Assembly: GCA_973895155.1 (NCBI GenBank)
Contig: OZ316891.1
Coordinates: forward strand, 27,813,561-27,877,560
Direction of reading: 5' to 3'
From: Marsupella aquatica
Lineage: Eukaryota; Plantae; Marchantiophyta
DNA: 64,000 nucleotides
In this document: in pieces, positions 38,955 through 50,036 of the stretch
How the letters are laid out: every line of letters begins with the position of its first letter
Position numbering within the stretch: position 1 is the stretch's first letter
Position numbers and translations under genes: made by a program
The notes under the pieces: generated by a model
Databases searched by the model: none
Seen by the model: only the letters and a program-made list of their open reading frames with translations
Told to the model about the DNA's origin: nothing

Positions 38955-39345
38955 TTTATGACACAAAGACGCTACGAGTTGTGCAATTAGTTACTTCAAT
39001 GTGCCTTTTTAACGACACTCATTTCAATAAAATCCATAAACTTAGGAAAGAAAGCCAGGAGGGGAACTTAAAACACAATGTGTTGCCATTACTTAGAATC
39101 ATTCATCTCACTCACGAGAATACTTATAAGTGGTAGAAAATGAAGCCCTTGGTTTCTCTCTAGGAGATAAGAAAGTTTGAAACTTTAGGGGGCTGCCAAA
39201 ATAAATTCAAAACACTATAGGATACCAAAAATTAAAGGGGACCAAAAATGAATTATAAGTATATATAATACAAAGGATGCCCCTTATTAAGGCACATTAA
39301 AATAAAAATGCATGACACATAAATATGAATAAGACAAGACATGAA
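38955..39345 (-). repeat. Dispersed repeat, inverted homolog of 49490-50225
   Basis: GGGCTGCCAAAATAA.TTCAAAA.ACT.TAGGATACCAAAAATTAAAGGGG.CCAAAA and CCATAAACT..GGAAAGAAAGCCA.GAGGGGAACTTAA match the reverse complement of the flanks of the 49692 solo LTR. Confidence 0.8.
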
Positions 39346-39512
39346 AAGTTGGACTCACCATATACCATAACTCCAGTAGATATAATATGTATGTAAAGTT
39401 ATGATGATAAAAAGAAGTTGTTGCTATGGTGGCCAGGTTACCTTTGGACAAGGTTACGCTTGGCTGGTGATGTCTGGTGTATGTGCTGGATAATCCAACA
39501 AACATACCCTTC

Positions 39513-40378
39513 TTGGCAATGGCCCTTGCCTGGGCGTCAGTGAGCAGGCAATATTGCTGATCCTTTTCAGTTTGTTGAGCAACGACATGGCCTGGAGTTG
39601 TGTCAAGGCAACCAGCATGTCAATCAACATCTTGAGTAGATGCTGCAGTATCCTCAACCACTGTCTTCGCCATTGCTATGGGAGGCAAACTTTCAAGCTA
39701 TCCTAACCCTGGTACTAACTTACTACAATGCTTTGCCCATATGATGAAGTCCTTTGTTACAAGGATAATCTCCAACTGCATATTTAATAGCTTTGCAATT
39801 AAGATACCTTTTGCACATTGTGGAGATACCAAAGAATTTATTTGGTAGCTTGAGTTAAATATATCTTTTGCATATTGTGGAGATAGGAAGGAATTTATTT
39901 GGTGCCTTGAGTTCAAGATATCTTTTGCATATTGTGGAGATACACAGGAAATTACTTGGTGCCTTGAGTTCAAGATATCTTTCGCACATTGTGGATACAA
40001 GGGAATTTATTCGATGTCTTCAGCACACTCTAAACGATGTTTGATGGTTTCTTGAGCCATGTGTGGTGCCATAGAATGCAGTTGCCTTATTGCAATGCTT
40101 TTGCACGTATGATGAGGAAGTCCTTTGTCGAGGACACACTCACAAATGAGAGGGCATGAGCGAATACATCCAGGCTCCCAGGGAGCATAGCTCAAGCACA
40201 TTAGGATACTATGGCACCTATTCAAGATGTCAATCAACATGCTGGTCACCTTGACACAGTGCCATGTGGCTGTTCGAGAAACTAAACAATCCGATTAAGG
40301 ACCGCCTGTGCTGTGTTTGGATGCGGGACAAATGAAATACGAGGAATCAGTGAAGGCCAGGCAGCCAAAGTCATGCCA
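39513..40378. mobile_element. Degenerate foldback/TIR element with internal 57-bp tandem repeats
   Basis: 39545-39655 is an imperfect inverted repeat of 40200-40308. CTTT(T/C)GCA(C/T)ATTGTGGA..GAATTTATTTGGTGCCTTGAGTTCAAGATAT repeats ~3.3 times at ~39808-40015. Confidence 0.65.
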
Positions 40379-41496
40379 CACCCGGTGGGCACTAATTAAT
40401 GTAGCTGGTATTGATGTAGTTGGTAAGAAAATGCGTTCCAATATGCGTTCTCATCCTAAACGGTAACAAAAAACATAAGCATATTTGGTTAGGATTCCCC
40501 TTGTGAAGCAAAATAGGGGTTGCTAGATACTAGAGCTTCTCCAAGTTCCAGTGAAGGGTACAAATGTCTTTGAGAGGAAATGTTCATCTAGGAGTTGCAT
40601 TTGTTCCAATTGATTAAGCATTGACTCTCACCCTTCGTCAGAAACTAACAAGAGGAGAGAAGTCTGATCACAGTGGCTCAGACTTAAGACATGAAAAACA
40701 AATGGGTAAAGGTGCCTTGCAGTTTGAATTGATTACTGCACATTCGTACATGTAGTCCTTGAATACGGACAGTCCTTGAGTCATGACCTAAACATTTACA
40801 GAGCTCCCAATTACGCTGGGACCGATAGGCGTGAATATCTGCAATACACCCATAACTGGTAAGTAAGTTCTAGGACATCAGCAGCTTCCTTGGAGCAGGG
40901 CAATTTCTAAAACGGCATCCTTAGCAAAACTCACTGTAAATCCATTCTTCTATGACACAGTAAATTTGCATGGGCTCGGCTTGAATAGTAGCTCATGCTC
41001 CTACAGGCAAAAGGCAACTCTTGTACTGAGCAATTAGAGCACTAGAAGAACTCTCAGAAAGGGAACACTCAGCTGTGTAAAATAATCAGGCACGTGCTTA
41101 CACATCATCCCCACAATGTACAAGATAAACCTGTTCAATATCATCCCTCACGACTACCCACTCCCTGAAATCGATAGAATGTACTGTGTCTTGAACTTCG
41201 GTGTAGAACATTAGGCTCCCAAAAGCTGAACCTACTGACAAGAAAGGCTTTTGGAAGTGTTCTCATTTGCATTCCTATACAAATGCAAATGAGCCTTGTC
41301 TGCAAAAATCTAAGAAGTTTGGTTGAAGTGAGACAACCAGGATCCTGCAAAACATCGTATTGGGCAAATCAAGCATAGATTTTTGAAAGTGATCGAAAGT
41401 TACCAGGAACAAACTACTCCTGATCTGAGCCCATGATGTCAAAACTGTAAGCCTGTCTGCTTGCCAGAGGGCGCAAGATAGGTTCCTGCTTTGTGC

Positions 41497-43898
41497 TCAA
41501 AGCTCAGGTAAGCCTCCTTTCCCTGTTACTGGATCATAGGTTCTCTCCAGTACATCTTCCTTCGCAGTATCTTTAGGACCATCTGTTGAACAACAACTTT
41601 GGGGATCAACAGTCCGATAACACCTCCATTGCAGGCAGTATGAAAAAGCACAATATCACTGATGTCTAACTTCATGTCCACGGCACCGCGCTAGACCCTT
41701 TCAAATGTCACAACGACGAAACAATAGAATTGCTAGATAATAAGTTTTTGATCAGGTGATAATGAAGTCTACTAAGACGGAAGAAGAGGCTCCAAGGTTT
41801 AAAGCAGAATGTTTTAATAACGGACTAGGTCACAATCTCGGATACTGGTTCCTCGATCGACATTGGGTCCAGCTGTAATGCATAAAGGTATAAGTAATGG
41901 AAAGAATTGGAGTCTAGCAGGCAGTTAATGACTTGACTATTTACTAAGTCAGGTAAGATGATTTCGGGACTTACCGGTTATTGGTCTAGGGGTCCTCCTT
42001 TCCTTGAGCATCTCAGGACGCGGGATTATACTGTTTGATGATGTACCTCCTGTAGTGACACGAACTTTGGTGCCATCTTCTAAGTATCGAAAGATCACTC
42101 GACAAGGTGCACTGAGAAAACCACCAGTAAAGAAATTAAGGTATGAGCAGTAGCTTCAAAAGCCTGGTTCAATGTGGGAACAAAGATATCCTCCAATTAA
42201 GAATCTCGTTCAAGTGCCAAACTAACATTGATATTGCAAACATGCCTTCTATCAATACTGAAACTTGAGACTAGTTAACAACTACGAGGTAAGTTTGAAG
42301 TTGGAACGAACTTGGTAACAGGATCAATATGTTGTAGCTTTGACACATGAATGGGAGACTCCATTGTCACAATGCCTCCAGGAGTATCATCCCTACGTTT
42401 GATATGCTTTTTGACCTACACCCAGGAATGAAGATGGTTAGTCTGAGGATAGCTTGATACAAAGCGCCAGGACAGGATATACCGACATGGTCTCGTGTAA
42501 GCCTACCTACTGCACATGCCTGAAGCGAAGAACACTACATTTCGACCCAAAATGCAGGTAGAGTGTAAACCCAGTGAGAGTCGACTTGACTACAACGTTA
42601 TATCTATGATGTAAGAAAAAATTCCAGATTTCGAAGCAGAATTTGCACGCAATCCCAAGAACCTACCAAATTTTTCCCCTCGATGACGACTTTGTTTTTG
42701 GAGCGGAGTACTTGGGTAACTTTTCCAGTAGAACCCTTGTCTTTACCTCCCATTATCATGACCTGGACATGATTCAACTCATCGAATTAGGCCATTTTGG
42801 GTCAGCAAGGTTGAAGATTGTGAGTGGCGTTGCCAGCACCCTCGCTTATCTGCACGAGGAATGGAAGCAGCGCGTTATTCACAGGGATTTCATATCACGA
42901 ATGTTATGCTTGACCGTGATTTTAACGCTCGGTTGGGTGATGTCGGACTCGCAAGGTTGTCTGAACAGGACCAAGCACCTCCCCGAGTACAGCAAGTCTA
43001 GCAGCAACTTGGCTCCAGACGATGGCCCTCAGGCTCAAACCCACGGAGACCAAAGATGTATACAGTTTTGGAGCCCGGGCATTGAAGGTCACCACAGGCA
43101 AGAGACCCATACTGTCGTCCCAGGATCAGAAAGCCCTCCAACTATGTTTTACTCGTGGATTGGGTACGGAGTCTATAAAAATCATCACCTTTTGGAGGCA
43201 ACAAGCCGTATAAAACAAGAGGCATTCGATCCTGTTGAGACGATAATGTTTCTAAAGATCGGACTTCTCCGCTCTCATCCCGACCCCAACGAAAGAGCTA
43301 ACATGAGGGAGGTCGACAACATGAGGGAGGTCGACACCCTCCCTTTCCACCTTTCATTCCGTGAATAGATGTCTTCACACAGGGCGACGTTCTATACGGA
43401 TGATTATGGCGGCCCAGATGAATCCAGCGACCAAGAGGCATTGGTCAGCTCAATCGAATCCCATTTCATCACGTCTACAAAGGATCATGACAATTCTGTT
43501 CCACCGCCACATGCACCAGACCGGCGGAGAACCTCTTCGATGCCTCCACTGCGTTCTAGGCCATCTGCTTCTCTGATTGTGTAATCCTTTCAGCTTGATG
43601 TGAAAATGAAGTCCACAGCTAAAAATAAACAAAACAAATGCCCGAGACGTGGAACACATGATTGGAGGGACAACACATTTTCCATTACCTGCTTTCTGTC
43701 CCAGCAGGCGGGAATTCTGGTTGTTAAGGGGGCTATTAAATGGTCAGGTAAAAACCTAATTTGAAAATCGAGAAAGCATAATGCAAGATGAACGAATACC
43801 AGAGAGATCGAAGACAGAGGCGTCGGTTCGATACATACATTGTCACCGCGGAGGACGCGCCAGTGCTTGAAGAGCTTTTGTGCAGCCTTCCATCCCAT
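41497..43898 (-). CDS. Mitochondrial-type 50S ribosomal protein L24 (uL24, KOW domain)
   Basis: Exons 43839-43898, 42667-42762, 42312-42415, 41975-42111 and 41497-41582 give MGWKAAQKLFKHWRVLRGDN-VMIMGGKDKGSTGKVTQVLRSKNKVVIEGKNL-VKKHIK..GGIVTMESPIHVSKLQHIDPVT-..RYLEDGTKVRV..IIPRPEMLK..PRP-.DGPKDT..ERTYDPVTGKGGLPEL*. Confidence 0.94.
42805..43584 (+). pseudogene. Intronless, frameshifted C-terminal fragment of an L-type lectin receptor-like kinase, antisense within uL24 intron 1
   Basis: Across shifting frames: RLKIVSGVASTLAYLHEEWKQRVIHRD / NVMLDRDFNARLGDVGLARL / KPTETKDVYSFGARALKVTTGKRPI / LKIGLLRSHPDPNERANMREV, then a Ser-rich tail. 18-bp tandem duplication at ~43299-43336. Confidence 0.9.
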
Positions 43899-44385
43899 CG
43901 CATCAGTCTTCTGGAGATGCGGCCGATTCGTCACAGATGGACACAACAATACTGACAGCGAGTGCAGAAGCCGATCATCCAAAGCTTACGGACTGGAAAA
44001 AATCGACAGTGATCTCAGAAATCAAGTATCCAACGATGGAGCCGACGATATCGACACTGATCGAAAGATTGAGTCGAGAATTCCGACGATGATCGAAGAG
44101 TTTGCACATTACTTTGAAGGTTTTGTATGTTCGTCGTGCAGTCCCAAAGACCGTAGCCTGATCCTGACTACAGTCCGTAGCGCCGTAGCGTTCTCTTAGT
44201 TCCCGCAGTTGACTGCAGTCGAACGCAACCAATCTCCAAAGCTTTCTATTCTCTTACAGAATCTAATGTTTCCCATGTAACATGTGCTATCAATGAAATG
44301 GCTTGCTAGTGATATAAAGAGGTTTTCTCAAAGTGTTTTTTTTCTCGGAGTTTTTTTTATGGAGGTGTTTGTTTAATGGGGAGGG

Positions 44386-44689
44386 ATTTGCTTGATCAGC
44401 CCCAAAATGAAACGTGTTACTAGCTTGCCGAGTGATCCAGACGGTTGATTGACCTTGAATCAATGTACCCAAAAGTTCAAGGGCTCTATCAAGTATGCAA
44501 TTCTATTTGGGGTCTCATCAAGCAAATCACTAGTTTGATGGGATCTCAAAATGAAACTGAAATTAAAGTGTTACTTGATGATCCAGACCATCGATTAGCA
44601 TTGATAGACATTCATTGAATCAATGTAGTACCTAAAACCTCATGGGTCTTATCAAGTAACACTTCATTTTGAGGTCCTATCAAGCAAAT
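44386..44689. mobile_element. Two tandem ~140-155 bp MITE-like hairpin elements upstream of uL24
   Basis: Copy 1 (44386-44527) runs ATTTGCTTGAT..CCCCAAAAT to ATTTGGGG..ATCAAGCAAAT. Copy 2 (44533-44689) has the same internal blocks (TGATCCAGAC, TTGAATCAATGTA, TATCAAGTA). Confidence 0.7.
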
Positions 44690-45659
44690 ATCTCAAACTT
44701 ATGGCATATTTCATTAATTCTGCGGAATACCACTGATGAGAGGAAGCCTAATTAAATGAGCCTAGCATAATCCTAGGATCCTCCACCGCACACCTGATCA
44801 AATCACACCATACAGCCCAGCAATCAACAAAACCAATGGAGCCCTAACATCCACAGCCGCCTAATGAGAAGTGAACCAAGAATTACTGGACCTAAATCAG
44901 CCCTTTCAGCATCAATGCTTTTTGAAAGTTTTAGTGTCTATTTGCCAAAATTAATGGTCCAGATTTGATTGTACATAAATGAAATGGTCACAACATTTGT
45001 GAAGTACAATCTTTGTGCTAAATGGAGGCTTCTCAGTGCCCCATTAGAGCCATCTTGCATCTTAATTAGCAGCCTTTTTTAGTTGAGGTCTTCAGTATCA
45101 CTGAGCCCCGCTTTAGTGGCCTAGCTTGCCTCTTTTTGACTTATCTGTAAAGGTCATGAACCCAACGCTAGCCCTTTCCCTGTTGAGCAAAGACGTGACT
45201 CGTAACGGTATGCACATGACCATCCAACAAACAAGAAGTCAATACAAAGAGATACATAATTCTGATCTTTGTGATCCATAGTGTTTGGCAAGGGTGAGTG
45301 GGCAGCTGACACTTGTCCATGTCCAAACTTGCCAGTTCTGGTACTTGGAGGCAGCGCCACATTTTCATTGTGCAGGGTTTTGAAAAACTAGAGTAATTCT
45401 CACTTTCATTTTCGCAAGATTTGTTTTTTGTCTTCATCTGAACTGGTAATCAGGCCAGAGTGTAACTAATTTTTAGGCTCCCATAGTCTCAACCTGTTTT
45501 CTTTGTAATAATAATGGTAGCTCTATCAAATAGAGATAAACAGGCTGGTACGCAGGTGACCCCAGGGCAGGAGCTCAATCAAGACCGGCTATGGCACACC
45601 ATTTCTTTGCTCGACAGTGTCGCAAAGCAAAAGAAGAAGTGCATTTAAAAGGTGTGACC

Positions 45660-45960
45660 GGTGTGGAAAGCCAGAGAGGCAAGGATGTTTGATTCAATAT
45701 GCGTACTGACCCCTATTTTATATTTGTCCTTGACCCTATATCCCAAGGTCCTGATCTAGGGCATCTAGAACATTGAGATGCCATTCGTGTCCATCTGGAT
45801 TGCTTCACTGTATGTTTGCGAGCTCCATGGAAAGCAAGAGAGGCAAGGATGCTAGATTCATCTATGCATACCAACCCCAATTTGACATTTTCCCTTCACT
45901 TTCTAGAGCATCGATATGCCAGTCACGTTCATCCAGATTGTTTCACTGTGTGTTTGCGAT
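45660..45960. repeat. Diverged direct duplication (~140-165 bp)
   Basis: TGGAAAGC.AGAGAGGCAAGGATG and TCTAGA.CAT.GA.ATGCCA..GATTG.TTCACTGT.TGTTTGCGA each occur twice. Confidence 0.7.
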
Positions 45961-46163
45961 GTTTGTTTCTCCCGTAATCTGTCATTTATGTTTTTTCTCC
46001 CGCTAGGATGTTTGAAACAGGGTTAGTGTGTTATCCATAGTTGGGGGTAGGGAGACCAGATCTGGTGTCAAAATGTGTTGTCATGGTCCCCAATTGGTTG
46101 AACACTGCAAGTGGAGGAGCCAGACCTGGAGAGTATTGTCTAATGTTTTTCAGTTTAGACAAT

Positions 46164-46824
46164 CAGCTTTTTACTATCCTGTCCCCCAAACTAGCCGAAT
46201 TTCATAACCTGCCCCCCAAACAAATTAAATTGCTAAGTTGCCCCCCATTCCGTAGATGGGTTAAGGCATACCCAGTACATGGTCCCCGGTGCCACATGGC
46301 ACATCGAAACTGGTCCGGGGTAACCACTGGTTTGGCCCTGCCCCTCTCCCCCTTCCCCATTGAGGCGCTCCCGCTGCCAGCCCAAACAGGGTCATTCGCG
46401 GCCATGTAGGCCCTCCCGCAAACGACGGTTTTTGGTCAAACCTAACAAGGGCGAATGTGTAAACATTTGCATCGTCTTTGCAGGAGAAAACGAGGGCTTG
46501 GGAGCGTGGGCAGCGTTTTCATGAGTACAGGCGAGGGGCCAAAAATGGGTCATTTGCGGGAGGGCTTTGTTTGGGCCGGCGATGGGAGCGGGATGGCTCT
46601 GTTTGGGCCGGCAACGGGAGCGCCTCGATGGGGGAGGGGGAGAGGGGCGGGGCTGAACCAGTGGTTCACCTGGACCAGTGGCAACATGCCATGTGGCACT
46701 GGGGACCATGTACTGGGTATGCCTTAACCCATCTATGGAATGGGGGCAACTTGGCAATTTAATTTGTTTGGGGGACAGGTTATGAAATTTGGCTAGTTTG
46801 GGGGGACAGGATAGTAAAAAGTTG
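46164..46824. mobile_element. Non-autonomous Mutator-like element (MULE-MITE), 661 bp
   Basis: Terminal inverted repeats longer than 220 bp (CA(G/A)CTTTTTACTATCCTGTCCCCC..GATGGGTTAAGGCATACCCAGTACATGGTCCCC.GTGCCACATGGCA). 10-bp TSD TTTAGACAAT (46154-46163) / TTTACACAAT (46825-46834) with one mismatch. Confidence 0.9.
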
Positions 46825-47711
46825 TTTACACAATTCAAGGAGTGAGAACAGATCTGGTGTTGATGTCTTTCCATCATCTACAATCAGTTGAAACAGTCCA
46901 AGAGAGGGGCCAGACCTGGAGAGTGGTTTCTGATGGTTTCGAATTAAAACATTGCAAACATGCGTACTTGTCAACCTGGATTTGTGCACCTATTCTAGCA
47001 TCATGAAACACCCAGGTTGACAAATGTGCCCTGTTGCACTATGTGTCATAAGACTTGGTTTCATAAGTCTGGGCAGGAAGGTGACTTTAGTTCGCAACCA
47101 GTCAGTCACCAAACAATGAAGGCTTTCTCTTGGAGAATGTCTAGGTGGTTCCACCAGCAAGAGCATGCATTAATATGGTGTGTTCACCTTAGTCTAGGAG
47201 CCTTTTGTTTATTATTGTCCTAGTTTTGAAAGATTGTCTTGCTAGCTTAGTTGCAGCAGTCTGGCACAAGATTAGTAGCTCTTGTGTGATAATTGCTCGA
47301 GCACGTGCTATAGGAATCGATTTGCAATTGATTGGATAATCGATTCCATGAACGATTGATTGCTGGTGTGCATTGTGTAGGCTTAGTGCATTTGCATTTT
47401 TAGGGGAAGGGATCAATTTGAATCCCATTTATTTATTCTGATCCATTAAGGGAAGGATTGATCTGTCGCCGAACAAACAAAGAAGAGAGAACAGAGTCCG
47501 CTATATGCATACAACATTGTCGGGCAACAGATGGTGTACATTACAGGATGAAGTGAAACTACTCAAGATCTTGTGGCAATCTTGGGGAGGCCAATGTCGT
47601 TTCTTCAAGCACTAGTGCGCAATTTAACTAGAACTAGAACCAGACTACTTGAAAGATCGAGTCATCAGCTTCTACCTAAGCCCTTTCCCCTGAAGAATCC
47701 AGTGGTGTACT

Positions 47712-48058
47712 TGTTGAGCATAGACGACAATCGCAACGGTAAGCACATGACACATCCAACTCTCAAGTAGTCGACACAAGAGATACGTGGTTCACCTCCT
47801 CGAGACTACGTACGTCCACAGGAACACACAAGAGAGCTTTACTGAACTCTAAGCCCGTCGGCTATACCAAGTCTCTACAATGTAAGCTCTCCTCATCTCT
47901 CAAGTGGCTCCATAACAATGAGCCTAAGTTCCACTTATCCAAGCAAACACCGTTTGGCATATAGTGTGCATCCTAGTTAACTTAACCATGTCTCCGACTA
48001 TGGTTAGTCTAACTATGGTTACATATCATAACCCTAGACCTTGAGTAAATACCTAACA
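47712..48058 (-). mobile_element. Solo LTR of the same copia family (347 bp)
   Basis: TGTTGAGCATAGACGAC...ACCTAACA with exact TSD GTACT (47707-47711 and 48059-48063). The first ~230 bp are highly similar to the LTR starting at 26755. Confidence 0.94.
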
Positions 48059-49691
48059 GTACTTTCGAGGATCACAATAGAGAAAGCAGGGTGGACTATA
48101 CTACTAGGAATGATCAATTTGACAAGCTTCAATCAAATCCCAATATCCTAAAGATTCTGCTAGAGTTGCATACTTTTCTTGATTGCAAGAGTTAAAGCAG
48201 GGTCCACTACAGTAGAAAAGATCAAGTGAACAGCCTTCAACCAGTTCCCCACCACATTGGAGATCCAGATGGAGATCCTGATGGGGATCCAGGATCTGGT
48301 AGTTCTTTGAAATTAAGGCCCGCCACTTTCTTGGAAGGGCTCACTGTCATTTAGAAGTGTTGATTAAAATAAAAATAACTACCAGATATGATACAAAAAG
48401 GCCCACCAAGACACCCTACACTAATTGCACTTTTCTTACCTATGATGATGTTAATAAAGCTTGTCAACTTGTGTGCCTTGAAATGAAGTATAAACAGCCA
48501 TTGTCAACCAAGTTTGGAAAGGACAAAATAGTGCAGTTGTAGAGTTATCCTAGGTAATGTGACCAGAGTTTCATGAATCAATCTGTGTGGGTGTCAAAAT
48601 TTAGTGTGATGATCAGCCTTCATCAAACCTCTTTCTTTGACATATAAGTCTTTTGTCTTATTATTTTCTACTTCTTACCTGGAGTGTCAAAGTATGGAAA
48701 GAGAAAATCAAGCGTCAAAGCAGAGCGAGATCTCAACACGCCAACCTATCTCAAGGTAGGTTTAAGGAAAGTTTGCCTGGGCAGCCAGTAGGAGGGCTTG
48801 GAAGGAGATGGATCCACATAACCTCAAGGATGAACAAGAACTCTACACCAAGTGTGGAATGCCCAGCTGCATATCATCCATTTTTTCACCAGAAAAAGTT
48901 ATTCTAGTGCACAAGAGACTGATGAAAATTTGTGACCAGTACTCTTTACTCCAGTTTATTCAATTCAGAGATTAGGTGGGTCTGACATGGGCGTGACCAA
49001 GGTGAATCCATTGATAAGGTAAAACGATGTAACTGTGAAATATGCAACACCAGTGCAACAAGTCTTACTTTTCTTGTACCACAGAGGAGGGCCAAAATAC
49101 ACATTAAAAGCTCAAAACATTCTGACATTGGTTTTGTTCTTGTTTTTGGAAGGGGTTGGGGGGGGCAGTTGTGGTATCTAGGATAGTAGGAGCTTGACGG
49201 AGAGTCCAATTATCCTCCTTTTACAATCTGTTTCCTGAAGTGTGCATTGAGTCAAATCAATTAGGTAAGCTTGCTACAGCACGATTGTCACAGGATTGCT
49301 GGATGCTTTGGATGTTGATTAGTTTGTGCTTGAATACAATGTTGCAGCTAATTATACTTATCCACCAATGACTGCAACATTGTATATTTGAATACTTGAA
49401 TACTTAATATCAATGTTTGAAGACCTCAACAATATATAATATGTATTGTATTGCAGCTTCAAAATATGATGGTGAATACAGATTTCAAATTTTGTCTTAT
49501 ATAGAATTTTTTGTGTCATGTATCTTTATTTCAATGTGCCTTATCAAGGGGCATCATTTGTATCATTTAGATTTTTAATTAAATTTTGGACCCCTTTAAT
49601 TTTTGGTATCCTAGAGTATTTTGAACTTATTTTGGCAGCCCTCCTAATTTTTAAATTTCTTGTTAGATTAACAGTGTGTGTCAAAACCAAT

Positions 49692-50036
49692 TGTTATGAA
49701 TTACTCTTAGGTCTAGAGTCACGATTGCACCGTAGTTAAGGCTAACCTTAGCCGTAGACTTGGTTAGGTTAGTCATGCTGTGCACACTCTATAACCAAAC
49801 GGTGTTTGCTTGGAGAGTAGGGACTCAGGCTCATTGTTACGGAGCCAGTTGAGAGATAGGGAGAGCTTGTGCTGTGGATGCTTGGTATGGCCGGTCGGCC
49901 TAGAGTGCAGTAAAGCTCTTGTGTGTTCCCGTGGACGTAGCCTCATGTGGAGGTGAACCACGTATCTCTGTGTGTCGACTATTGTGCGTTGGATGGTTCA
50001 TGGGCTTGCCGTTGCGATCGTCGTCTATGCTCAACA
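49692..50036 (+). mobile_element. Solo LTR of the same copia family, opposite orientation (345 bp), nested in an older repeat
   Basis: TGTTATG...GTCTATGCTCAACA with exact TSD CCAAT (49687-49691 and 50037-50041). Confidence 0.94.

Noticed and set aside
42643-43368. 241-aa ORF as a functional kinase gene
   Set aside because: Its N-terminus is the antisense of uL24 exon 2, the kinase motifs are spread over different frames, and the N-lobe is missing.
35646-43898. Two adjacent L24 genes suggesting a duplication or cluster
   Set aside because: eL24 and uL24 are unrelated protein families that share only a historical name, and there is no sequence similarity between them.
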